Of a DNA stretch of 64,000 nt, positions 1 through 11,527 are shown piece by piece. Under the pieces are notes generated by a model. It was not told the DNA's origin. It did no database searches and saw nothing but the letters and a program-made list of their open reading frames with translations. The DNA is from Nymphaea colorata (taxonomy: Eukaryota): NCBI RefSeq assembly GCF_008831285.2, contig NC_045138.2, forward strand, positions 40,734,001 to 40,798,000, read 5' to 3'. Positions within the stretch are counted from its first letter, which is position 1, and each line of letters opens with the position of its first letter. The position numbers and the translations under genes are program-made.

Positions 1-311
1 GGCCCTGTGAGGCTCGAGGACCTCACAACTGGTAACCAGATCCCAGGCCCTATGACCGCATCATGGAATTATTAGTGTTACAGGGAGCTGATGCTGAAAC
101 GGGATTGCCTAACAAATGGTCTGCTCATATCCCGCTATGCCGGCCCCTTGGGTCGAGTGGTATCAACAAGAAATGACAGTTCTTGTGATTCCTCGATGCA
201 GGTCAGTCTTTGATGCATCTAGTGATCAGGAATCCAAGAGTCTCATGCCTTTGCCATAGCAGAATAAGTGCAATCACCATATTGACCATACTATTTTAAA
301 AGGTTACCAAC

Positions 312-2873
312 CCTGTAAGTATTAGCCATGGTGTCCTTGTCCGATTCACGGAAGCCAAGTCTTTTTTGATCCATTTATACTGCAAATATAAGTTCAGAAT
401 TAGCAACAGAGAGCACGGGATCACTCAAAATACTAAGGAACCTTATATATTGAGTCGCTGGCTAAATGTATCTTCAGATCAGTTTGTCAAAGAAATAACC
501 CAAGCATGAGCTTGGTGAGTTCATCAACAAGCTAACTATGAACACAGGTTGCTTGTCTATGTTTGTATGGTAAGTTGAAACAGCCCAACGTATCTCAAAT
601 CTGTCCTCCTTATATTGAAACTTACAGAGGTTTTCTTCTTGATTACCTGATCACTGCCTTGAATCCAGCTATGCTCTGTGGAAATGACAGTGAAATGAAC
701 CCCTGCTTGCTCAATTGAGTACCATGGTTCATCCTTTTTAGTCATTGGCATCTGGAAGTAAGTTTCATATGCAACTCCACACTCTCCCCCCGAGTCAGGA
801 GTTATGTACACGGAGTTAGAGTTCACGTAGTCCCTACAGAACATGCCAAGCCAGAGTAGTGTATACATACATGGAAGCAGCCAAACTCAAATAAACCTAA
901 TCGGAGCTAATTTAATGCAATGTTGTTATACTTCAAAATCATGCAAATCATGGACCTTGCAAATTGATATTGATCAATTAGCATTCCAGGTGTGAATCTT
1001 CTTACTTTTCATGGTTTCCAATTGCTGTCATGTATGGGACATGAGAGGCTATTGGCGTGATCAACTGCAGGAAGTAGTCCCATACTACTAGGAAACCAGT
1101 AGCATAGCTGATATCTCCAATGTGAAATACTGAGTCTACCCTTCCTGACGCAATTTCATCTGCTATGGTTGCCACTACTGAGAGAGACCCTGCCTGCCAT
1201 TATTGCAAATTTTGCCAATATTCAATCTAATCATAAAAAGGTTCAGAACTCTTTCTGTTTCTAAATAACAAATTGATTAGTTTTCAGTTAAGGGATAACG
1301 CCATGAACCCTGGTCATCATGAGTGTTAACTGTTACACATGTGGTAAGTTTTGATAGGAAAGAATGGGAAAGCACGCAGGCGATTGGATGGAGATGAAAA
1401 GACAACATATTGAAAACATGAAATTTCATTACCATCATCATCATTACTACAAATTAAAATTGAGAAGATGCACCTGCATATAGTGCTCAACAGAGAGATC
1501 CAGTGGAGCTCTTCCCATATCACCAAATGCAATGAATACAAGATCATGATTAGAACCTCCAGCAGGTGGAGTGTGGAATTCTGTCTCTGTGCTCCACCCA
1601 GCAGAGTTGCTAACAGGTTCATTTTAAGAGATAAAAAGCATTGTCAGTAGAAGAGCTTGTGGAAGCACCAAACGTTCTCAAAATTAAGACAACATCATAA
1701 TCATGGCACTGTTACAGACAGTAGTAGTAGCAATGTCAAATGGTAGCAGCAGCAAATAAAAATAACCCATGCGTTTGGAAGTTTGGTTATTATGATATCA
1801 GCACTCGAGTATTTGGGGGTTTAGTAGTTCATTTTACCTTCCATATCTATACGAGTAGCTGTGGAGCGGCTCCAGTCCTGTCATCACTGCTGAGTGAATA
1901 TAACCGGGATCGTGCCACCCAAAGCCCTTGGCTGGGCTCTGAAGATTACCACCTTGCAGTCACAACAAGCAGACAAGAATTAAGACACGTGCTCATATAG
2001 GCAAGTTTTCTTTCTCTCTCTCTCTCTCTCTCTCCACACACACACACACACCAGGCAATTATGTATATATAGCGGTATTGGCTCCTTCCACCTCCGAATG
2101 TCAACAGATTAGGATCAGACATAACTATTACCCTATCTTACTATTAGAGATGTTGCTTAATTTGACGGGAAATTCAACCATGAACTGAAAATAAAAACAT
2201 CTGAATTTTACATGCAATTGAGGATACCCATAAAAATTGGACATCTCCTAGAGTCGGCAAAAGGGAATCTATAACATATCTACACTTGATTACCATTTTC
2301 CTTTTTTTGCTGAATCCAACTTCTTGAATTTAATCTCCGCTTAAATTACAAATTATATCTGTAACCATTGACATCCTTACTTGTGCCAGCCTATTATAGT
2401 AGCAGATTTTGATTTTCAAACTTCCAAGGCATGTTTTCCATAAGTTAGATCTTAGAGATGTTGTTAACAAGTTCACATGGTTTCTTTCCCCAAGAATCCA
2501 CTATCTCATCATGTTTTTTCTCTCAAAAATAGGCCCGCTTAATGATTGAAAGAAATTCAATTGGTTTCTTTCGCTAAGAATCAACTCTCTTTCGTGCTCC
2601 TTTATAAAAAAACAGACCCTTTTTTTAACCCTTCAAGCATAAAAATGTCTTTAGTACACCACCAAAAGTTGCGGTTTGCTTTTGTGAAATTTTCATAACA
2701 CAATGCCTATGGGCAGTGATCTCTAAAGTTCTTTGACTGCCTACCTATGTATATAAGATGATCCAAAAGTGGGTTCCTGCCAAACATATGGTGTGGTCAA
2801 ATTCTTAAAAAAGAAGTGAAGATGTAAAACGGAATCATTAAATCAAAATCATCCACACCTTATCACTATAGGC

Positions 2874-2938
<65 letters not shown>

Positions 2939-5136
2939 GTACTGCATAGGTCGTCTTTGGTGAATGTGGTAACCGTTGATGTTGCAGACATTCCATTCCC
3001 GTACTTCACCTGTTGGGGCGTGTCATCACCGCTAACCCAAGTCACCCTCATCTGACAAATCATTGGATGAAACAGCCATGAATCAGGCTATAGATTACGG
3101 ATCATATCACATCACCAAATGATACAGATCACTAACTGGTCGTTACATTCACGAATCGTGAGAACGAAGGAAAAATTTAACAGGCATATACACTGTGGGA
3201 GGGGAAGAAAGGTGCTTTACCGAGGTGGATGTGGAATCGAGGGAGGAGAGATGGGGGTAGAGAGGCATGAGTGGGTTGTCGAAGCGCAGGGTGTTGGACC
3301 TCTTGAGGACGCAGGGGGCGTCGAAACCACCATGGAAGAGCACGAAGCCGATGTCCGTCCTTATGTTCACCACATGAAACGTTATCGAAGCATTGCATGT
3401 CTTCAACGCGCAGGCCTCCCCTAGACTCCTTTGACATACTTCCTTCTCGCAGTTTAAAAACGAAGGGTCTTTGCTTAGATACTGTGCCTGTTGAACAGAG
3501 AGAGGGAGAGGGAGAGGGAGAGTCGAAAATGTTACAGATCACAAAGGGAATGAGCACGGGCTGTGCTGTAGACAGACTCAGACACAGAATATAATGTTTT
3601 TGACTAAAAAAGAATAGTTAGAGATTAACTTAATTTTGTACAGAAGATGTATGATTTTGACTAAAAAAGAATCGGAGAGATAATTTTCTTTTTTCTTGCT
3701 TGTCCGCATGGATAATAAAATTTATCCACCAAATTAAAATGATCAAGTGCATTATTAATTAAAATGCTTCACATTATATTTTAAATTCAAAAATAAGGGA
3801 AATAAGGTGTCATATGGCTATAACATGTCTTGGTTGACACAGCGTACTGTTGACCAACTGACACATACTGTCATTTATAAGACTAAGCTTCATATATGAT
3901 ACTCAATCAAGCTCATTACGAGTTGCTTTTTCTGTTATTAATAGGCCGAGTATACTCAGTTTGATTAGTATAACATGTCTGTTTTGGTCCCACCCACCAA
4001 ATTAATTAAAGGAAATTTTCTTGGTTACTCTTCGATCACCTTTCAAAGCTGCAATAAGTACATAATAATAATAATAATAACAATAATAATAGCAATAATA
4101 ATACTAATTTATTGACTGGCAATATATATAAGCTCAATCTAGTATTAGCTCTACTCTTTCATGCAACATATGAGTGAATTTCTCTTTGGATGTCAACAGT
4201 ATTTCAAATTGAATATGTTATAGCTAGATTTGTAGCATATTGCTTGAAGATAGAATCCTCCCCACGAAAGAACAAGTTCGATCATGGAAAAAAAAAAAAA
4301 AATCTACGGATAAGCACGTATTCTACTTAACCAGCTCGAGTAACCATTAATCAACCATTTAATATTAAATCAACAAGTTCTAAACAAAAGAACGTCATAT
4401 ATATGACTTTTAGATGAAAACTTCAAAACTTTTGTACTTCGAACCTACCATCAAATGCGTGATAATTCTAATGTATTCCTAATCACATGCACACGCGATG
4501 TGTTCAACCAATTAAGATCGAACACATGCACACGCGACGTGTTCATCCAATTAAGATCGAATGCGTACCTTGACGGGATAATGACAGAGAAGTGGGAGGC
4601 TGCTAAGGTCTCCTGTTTGCTCATACATGAAAGCATTGAGAGGACAAGGAGAAACGCTATTGCCATCAACAAAGATAATCAACCAAGAAAGAGGAAAAGG
4701 TCATAACAGAAGAACACAGTAGAAGAAACATAAAGGAACAAAGAATCATGAGAACGTACGTAAAAATCTCATTGTGGTTCACTTACTCTACGTCGGGAGG
4801 AGAAACGAGGCCAACCCACATCAGATCGGAGGGAACCAAAACGCCACTGACGGTGACTGTGATGTTCTCTTCGTCTCTGAGAGGCCCCTCGATGCTGACA
4901 TCTATTCTGAGGTAAGGATCAATAATAGAGCATGCGAGGAGGGAACTCCCGAAGTTTTTCAGCTGGAACTTGGCAGCAGGTATGGAGGAATACGCCTCCA
5001 GGCTTCTTTCTGTCAAACAGAAAGTTGGTTTCGTGAAGAAGAAGAAGATCAAGAAGGCGAGTGTGACGATGGTAAATGAGAAATGGAGTAATGGATTCTT
5101 CTGGTTTGCTGCAGAAGAACGAGGACAGAGAAACAT
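312..5136 (-). CDS. Purple acid phosphatase, nucleotide pyrophosphatase/phosphodiesterase (PAP27-like/NPP) type; multi-exon, 3' end continues beyond window start
   Basis: Exons spliced by hand at GT-AG sites with frame preserved: 5136-4787, 4656-4569, 3487-3221, 3051-2943, 1952-1838, 1609-1474, 1193-1006, 833-647, 379-312. The product has an N-terminal hydrophobic segment, then LPLLCHYPVK, FHVVNIRTDI, MRVTWVSGD and FGWHDPGYIH. Metal-binding motifs GDMG, GDISY and GNHE are followed by DSGGECGV and RTRTPWLILTG. The exons carrying the last His motifs are not in the window. Confidence 0.93.
2876..2937. repeat. (GA)n microsatellite in PAP intron 4, next to the donor site
   Basis: About 31 uninterrupted GA units. 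Confidence 0.95.
4484..4561. repeat. 39-bp tandem duplication (2 copies) in PAP intron 2
   Basis: CACATGCACACGCGA(T/C)GTGTTCA(A/T)CCAATTAAGATCGAA at 4484-4522 and 4523-4561, differing by 2 substitutions. Confidence 0.9.
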
Positions 5137-5601
5137 GGCGATCGTTCGCTTTCTTTTGTTGCATGCCCTTTTGGTTTTCAAGAATGGAGAGATTTGTTGT
5201 GGCTGGGAAGATTTATAGGGGAAGGAATTAAGGAGTTTTGATCATGATGCGATACCGAGTGAGATCGGCGGCCATTAATAGATCGAGCAAGGTTGGGTTG
5301 GTTATTGTCGTCGATCCACAGCTCAGATGCCAAGCCAGAAAGGCTGTGTTTGAAATTGCTACTTTGGGGCAATCCTGCTGACCATTTTCGATCTGCCAAT
5401 TGCCATTTTCTTGCTCACATTAAGGAATGTGGTGCTGATCAAATTCCTTTGCTGCATGATGTTTCTTTCTTTCTTTTGGAAAAAAGAAGAGTTCTAAGTT
5501 ATGTTTAACGCTCCCCACCCTCTCTAGATCTCTCACGTAAACTCGGTGACAACTTGCCACCATTTTTTTTATTTTTAACACTCTGATTTAATAAATAATG
5601 T

Positions 5602-5633
<32 letters not shown>

Positions 5634-5803
5634 TGTCTAGGTTTGGACAGATATACATTAGGAGGGTCCCAGTCATGAGCCAAGTTTCCATCTTCGTAAT
5701 TTTGAATTTAATTACTTACCAGGCATGAGGCATCTCCACAAGCAACGTGCTTGATGCCATTGCATACGCATGCACAACGCTCTTTTCTGATCTTAGAATC
5801 CAC

Positions 5804-6111
5804 TTAATGAATGAGGGCATTTCGACATTTCCACTTAACGTAATTGGAAAAGCCATTCTCCAATTTCTTATCCATTTCGGAAGAAAGTTAAATCTCCAAG
5901 TCCTCCAATCTAAGAAGCACGAATGGATCCTCTGAGAGAGATTATAATGTCAGACTTCTTCTTCCCTTAATGACAGTCCACCGTTAGATGGGTCACAGAC
6001 TCAGGAGATTTCTCACATAATCAGCACGTGTTAGCCAAAGAAATGCCAATGTGAATGAGCCTGTCCGTCTTCCTTATAGGCCAGCATGAGCGTTCATTTG
6101 GCTCTAGGAAT
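5804..6111 (-). mobile_element. Decayed L1-clade LINE ORF2 fragment (zf-RVT zinc-binding region)
   Basis: Translation across frameshifts and stops gives IPRAK*TLMLAY..KTDRLIHIGISLANTC*LCEKSPESVTHLTVDC..V*H...WRMAFPITL..WKCRNALIH. This matches the CxxC-x4-ES-xx-HL-xxx-C motif and the downstream WxxRN motif of plant LINEs. Confidence 0.8.
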
Positions 6112-6712
6112 AGCATCGCTGTGCTCTATGCATCTTCTTAGAGTCTCTGCTCTCCTTGTTATCTCTCTCATTTTTTTGTGGATGCCGTGGTTGTGTTTTT
6201 TTTTCAGTTCTAATTCACTTTTTCGAGAGCTTTTAGGCAATAGTGCATAAGTTGTGGTCATGGGTTTTCTTTAATCATGAGATTCGATTCGTGCCATATT
6301 TGCTTAATTTTGGTTGTTTTCTTTTGTTTAGTCACTGTGGATTGCTGTTTTAATTAGATTTTTTGGAGTGCTTGTCATTGTTCGTAATTTGGTTATAAGG
6401 ATATGACGTATAGAGTATGTTTGAAGCATACATTAGTATTTGGTTTTGAATTGGATGCAGGTATGTCTTTATATACTCAAGTAGAATGTAACTCCTTTTG
6501 CTGTTTATTTTCCAGTTTGTAATGGTAATATCTTTCATTTTTGATGCAAGAAATCTTTTCTTTCTCATCAAACGGTGCTGTGGTTTTTCAGGAACTTTAA
6601 CTTTGGGTCATTAAATACAGGTAGCAAATCCAGGGCTGCAAATTTAGTTCCTGCCAATTCAGTTCGGGAATAAAAGTTTCTGGAATTTCACTTCGAGAAA
6701 CTTAGTTTTTTG

Positions 6713-7227
6713 CTTATTGTACTGATTGCTGTTGGTTTTCCTCTGGTTTTGAAGAATCTGATTTGTGCTGCCAATTGGGTGTGGGTCACTTTTCTAAGAC
6801 CTGGAAAGAACCTTAATTCGTGGGCAGTGGTCACCGGCTGCAGTTACTGATGGTATAGGCAAGGCCTTCACGTTCCAGCTTAAAAGGGAAGCCTCAACGT
6901 GGTGTTTGTCGGCCGGAACCCGGCGGGAAAAGCTCGAGGAGGTTTCCGGCGACCTTGACAAAGGCATCAGGTTGGTGAAGGAGACTGATGGTTTTGGATG
7001 TTGGGATTTTGATGAACAATGCTGGTGTCTCTACCCGTGTGCCAGATTTTACCACCAGGTTGATAGTGACTTGCTGAACAATCAGATAAAGGCCACTGTG
7101 GAAGGTCACTCGGGCTCTGTTGCCGGTAGTGCTAAAGAAAAAGAGGGAAGCAAATGTCAATATTGGTTCTGCCGCTGCCATTGTCAACCCTTCAGATCTC
7201 CTCTACTCCAAGTATGCTGCCACAGAA
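6713..7227 (+). pseudogene. KCR1: Pseudogene fragment of very-long-chain 3-oxoacyl-CoA reductase (KCR1-like SDR), N-terminal portion of the protein
   Basis: Stitched frames give WVWVTFLRPGKNL.SWAVVTG/TDGIGKAFTFQL/LNVVFVGRNP/EKLEEVS-GDLDKGIRLVKET/LDVGILMNNAGVS/YPCARFYHQVDSDLLNNQIK/VTRALLPVVLKKKREANVNIGSAAAIVNPSDLLYSKYAATE. This is collinear with plant KCR1 as I recall it. About 6 frameshifts and internal deletions are present, and the catalytic YxxxK reads YAATE. Confidence 0.88.
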
Positions 7228-10200
7228 GGAAGCAATTTCCAACCTCGCTTGCAGTTGGGCTTATCAATTGGGATTTTGGCCATACTTGAGTTGCTCAATA
7301 ATATATATGAACTGCTTAGTTGGTCTTGTTAAGTTGTTAATATACCGACGATTGCATACTTGCAAGCACATGAATGTCTCTCAACGCTGCGATCACTGAC
7401 CGATGGAAAACAACCACAAATCCGCAGATTTCTTAATTGGTAGGCCATTATCATTCTTAAGCAGCTTAGGAATCTGTTCGAAGGCAACTTTGTGTCTTAA
7501 TGTTCTAGAAATGCCTAACCTTGTCGTCAAACAACGCTATATGAAGGTAAAGAGACCTCTAAGGTCCATTTGGCAGTTGAAACACTTTGTTAGTACTATT
7601 CCATGCACGTATCCCAGAAATTAAGATAGATTTATGAAACGATTGTAAAATTAATGAATCGACCTCCAATTATTGGGTAGATACATGAAAATGTTGCTCT
7701 TGCCAAACAGCCACTTAAAATACACTTATACAACAGATCCTGTTCAAGAGACCTTTGAAGGGGAATGTCCTTACTGCAATATCATTAACGTTCCGTGCAC
7801 CACGAAGGATTTTCATGGAGCAGTTGGAACATATTTTATTCTCACAATCTCATGAAAACAGGCTGTTCCAGGACGAGGTGCATTGGTGGTAGTGTCACAA
7901 CTCACAGTCTCTGTCACAAGGACACTTGCCAGATAGTAACTATACGTTGTTCAATATAAATTAATAAATATAAAATAAATAAATAAACATAAATATAAAT
8001 ATATATGTATATATAATGACATAAGTCATAACTTACAATCAGTTCAGAGTTTGTTTCCATTTCTTTAATTATAGTTATTCCTTTGCAGGGGAATGATTTA
8101 AGAGTTTGAGCAAAAGAAAACATACAAATGATCCAGCAGAAAATGAATAAAAAAACATTTTCTATTGCAGGTCTACCTTTGTCTATAATCTCAAAATAGA
8201 TTTAATTTTTACTGAATTTCTAAGTACAAAGTTACAAACCCAACTTGACGACTTTCAAGTAAGAAGTTAAAAGGCTGTTACTTTTAACACAGAGATTTAG
8301 TAATTTTTTATGTTCGTGTTTTTATTTTGAAAGGAAGTACTTATTTGGTTCTTTGGAAGTGAAGAGTTATGTCTGTAATTGCAGCGAATCTAGATAAGCA
8401 TATAACCTTTATTAAAAGGCAATGAAAAAGATCTAGATGGCCGTTGGGGCTGCACCAGGAAAGTCAGAAACGTTAGGTCCATTTTCGAGTAATCTCCCTT
8501 GCACACACACACACAGTCACACACAAAGTTTTCTACTATGCACGAGCAGGTATGAGGTGACCACGGGTATATCTATAAATCAAGCCTCATTTTTGGGTCG
8601 ACAGCGTCTTTTGAAGTATTCCTCAAGCCTCTAAGAAATGGCAGCAGATAAACGGGTAAGCTTTATTTTCGGGTGCCACAATGACATATCACAGTCTTAT
8701 TTTCAAGATAGAGTCAAGGGGCCTCTGAGTGTAGCAAGTAGGAAGGTGTCAGGAGCCCACAAAAACTTCACAGCTTGGTAGCGAAATCATCTTTGTCCTG
8801 TATATTCTGTGAAATTTTTAAACACTGCACCTGCCAACATACAGAATCGGCTCTAGACAGTGATAAGATTGATGGCAGTCCTTTGTCGCTCAAGTGGCAG
8901 AAGATGATGCCCAAGCACATGAAGAACAGCTCTCTTTTTCTTTCTTTTCACTTCTTTTTCCTTTCAAAATTTTAACCAAACTAGGCTAGTTTTTCACTTT
9001 TTAGCAGATTCAGAGACAGTAGCAACTGTGGCTGCAAGTCCCAAACGTCGTTCAAGAATGCCTAGTTACAAATGAACTTGTGAAAAAAGGTTATAGGAAC
9101 CCTTGTTGCCAACAGAGTTGGGTAGCTAATAATCTTAGTTTTCATGGTCAAGGTCCTCTTCTTTTGGATTCAATTCATCAAAGAAGAACAGAGGTACCTG
9201 CAATCCTTGATTGAAAGAACTGAGACTGCTTTCTGGTGTTCCAATGGGTTAAAGCTTCTTTTTTGGGTTTTGCTTGGGATGTCATTCTGGAAAACATGCT
9301 GATGTCTGCAGTCAATCGATAATTCCAAGAATTCAAACAGGACGGTTTCTAAGCAAATGAAATGACTGCAGCAGGTAACAGTAGTAGGTTGGTCTGCTGC
9401 TGGCTCAGAGCTCCTCATGTCATGTCATTGCGTGTCTCCTCTCCGCAGCATACTGTTGTTAATGGATTGCCATATGGGAAGCTTCCTGGTTGAGGAAGCA
9501 TTCATGCATGTGCCCAAGCTCATTAATGGTACATGATGTTCGCCCGTACAATGAACACCCTCGCCTGGCCTACCTAGGCAAGGAGTTGGCATCCATTAAA
9601 GGCTCGTGAACAAAGGCTCTCCGGCCTCCGCTTTGTTCTTGTCCAAAAGCGCTTTTAGCTAAATCCCATCGTATACGGATGGTATACACGAAAAGGGATA
9701 TTTAAGTGGCTTCGGTACATTCTCAACTTGTGAAAACATAGGTTTGAAGTTGTTAATCATATCGTTGTTGGCTAGAATCAACTTCAGTCGGCCAATTTGA
9801 ATCACATCGATGGCAAACTGCCATTTCTAGTGTGATTACCCTGTTTACTCTGCACTGGACTCCGGTCTACTGCCTAATGGCCGATCTGCCGCTTAACAAT
9901 TTTGGTTTCAACCCCACAGAAAGGCAAAGAACCAAGACTATCAATCACTTAACAACAACTTCCCTTATAAGTTTCCCAAAAGTTTTCACAATCTTATGTA
10001 CAAAATTAAACATTTCAAAGTGAACTTTGTTTTGTTTTTTGTTTTTGTCAGTTTGTTGGTGCGTTAAATTTGGCCAGACATGGCTTTCGTTGTCTTTGGA
10101 TCAATGTTATGAATATCGTTGCGTCAGCTAGTATAGGATGGCATTGCGAAAATAGAAGCAATAAATATAGGGCCAAGAAGGCCCTTTTGAATATTAGCCA

Positions 10201-11527
10201 ATTTGGGGCCCCGCATTGTCCAAATCAGCAGATACGGCCTCGTATTTGGCTTATGCAAAAATGGGATAATATACAAAAATCTTTTTTTTTTTTAAACTTT
10301 TAATATAAGAATAATTTAAACTTGCCGATATAGGCCAAAATGCAAGGGCTTTTATTGGCTGATAGAATACATGAAAACATCCATCTCTGAAACTGATAAT
10401 TTGGATTACCCAGAGCCCAACAGTTTGCTTGATTCCTTAATATATAGTAAGGAGATCCCGCAAGTATCGCGATTTGATAGAGCATTTGCTTATCTAATTA
10501 GTTTCTAGAGGTATAAAAGCCTGTTAGGAATCCGCAAACGACAAATCGAGTAGCCTATCACTTCAAAGATCTCATCCTGGTTTGTCTCATTTTGCCGCAT
10601 TAAAGACAATTAGATCTTGCTTGCTTTTCAACGGAATTTCCTCCATAATTGTGCTTTCATTTTGTCTTAAGAACATTTAAAAAGAAAGTGAAATGTGTCG
10701 ATATTAATTGACGACATTTTGCAGCTCCTTTTCCTTTTTCTGTTTTCTTCTTAACCAAACATTTTGCCACTGAGGTGACTTTTATCCAGACAAAAGTTGC
10801 CCAATAAATTCAACCAACAATACATGTTCGCACTGATCACCAACCCATCTACATCTCAATCGAGAAGATACCCAAATTTTCAAGCTGAGGATTGCAGGAG
10901 ATAGAGTTGAAGTGCAACACAAACCAGCCATGGAAACTGAGAGCAAGAACTGCACCTAAACAGGTTTTCTAGAAACAGAAACCTTTTTGGGCAGCCTTAA
11001 CCTCAACAATCATTAGCTAAGCTGCAATCAGAAATGTAGAGTTCACATGAAAATCTTCCAAACTCTTCCTGGCTTTCCCACTTTTGCAGAAAGAGTTTAT
11101 GCAGATCATTTGTCTCACATGACAGATAAAGAAGAAATCACAACAAAATCCGACTCTTTGAAAATAAGGAAAACAATATACTGAACTTGTTTATCATTGC
11201 CATATATTTCAATTTCAAAGAATAGGCTTCACTATTCTTCTGTAACAGCAGCTCATGTTAGTCAAGGAAGGAAGAAAGACAAAGATGTTTCAATTGCAGA
11301 ATCCAACTCTGCAGCATTCTAAACAAAGTAAAGAAAAAGAGGAACTTTCAGAAGTTCAAAATTGGTATTCATTTGCAGCGGACAACATCATAAAGATCAT
11401 CAGCGCCATTCCCTTTCTAGCAAAAGAACCAAAAGGAGAAGACAAAAAAGAAGAAAAATATTTCCTTTTTACAGATTAACAACAAGGATAGATATTTTCT
11501 GACCATGGAATGCCATCTGAGATCAGA

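Noticed and set aside
1..300. Minus-strand 'YGD...*DSWIPD' reading in the PAP intron, reminiscent of the LINE post-RT region; also checked as the next PAP exon
   Set aside because: Too short and degenerate to call. No HRPMY/GHxH exon is present, so the PAP gene continues outside the window.
7480..7900. Minus-strand 'IRAWNSTNKVFQLPNGP', faintly like a plant mobile domain/transposon protein
   Set aside because: Single weak motif interrupted by stops; needs an HMM search.
8430..9640. Exon-like segments with good splice sites on the minus strand (e.g. 9286-9198)
   Set aside because: No coherent spliced ORF or recognisable protein; such sites arise by chance.
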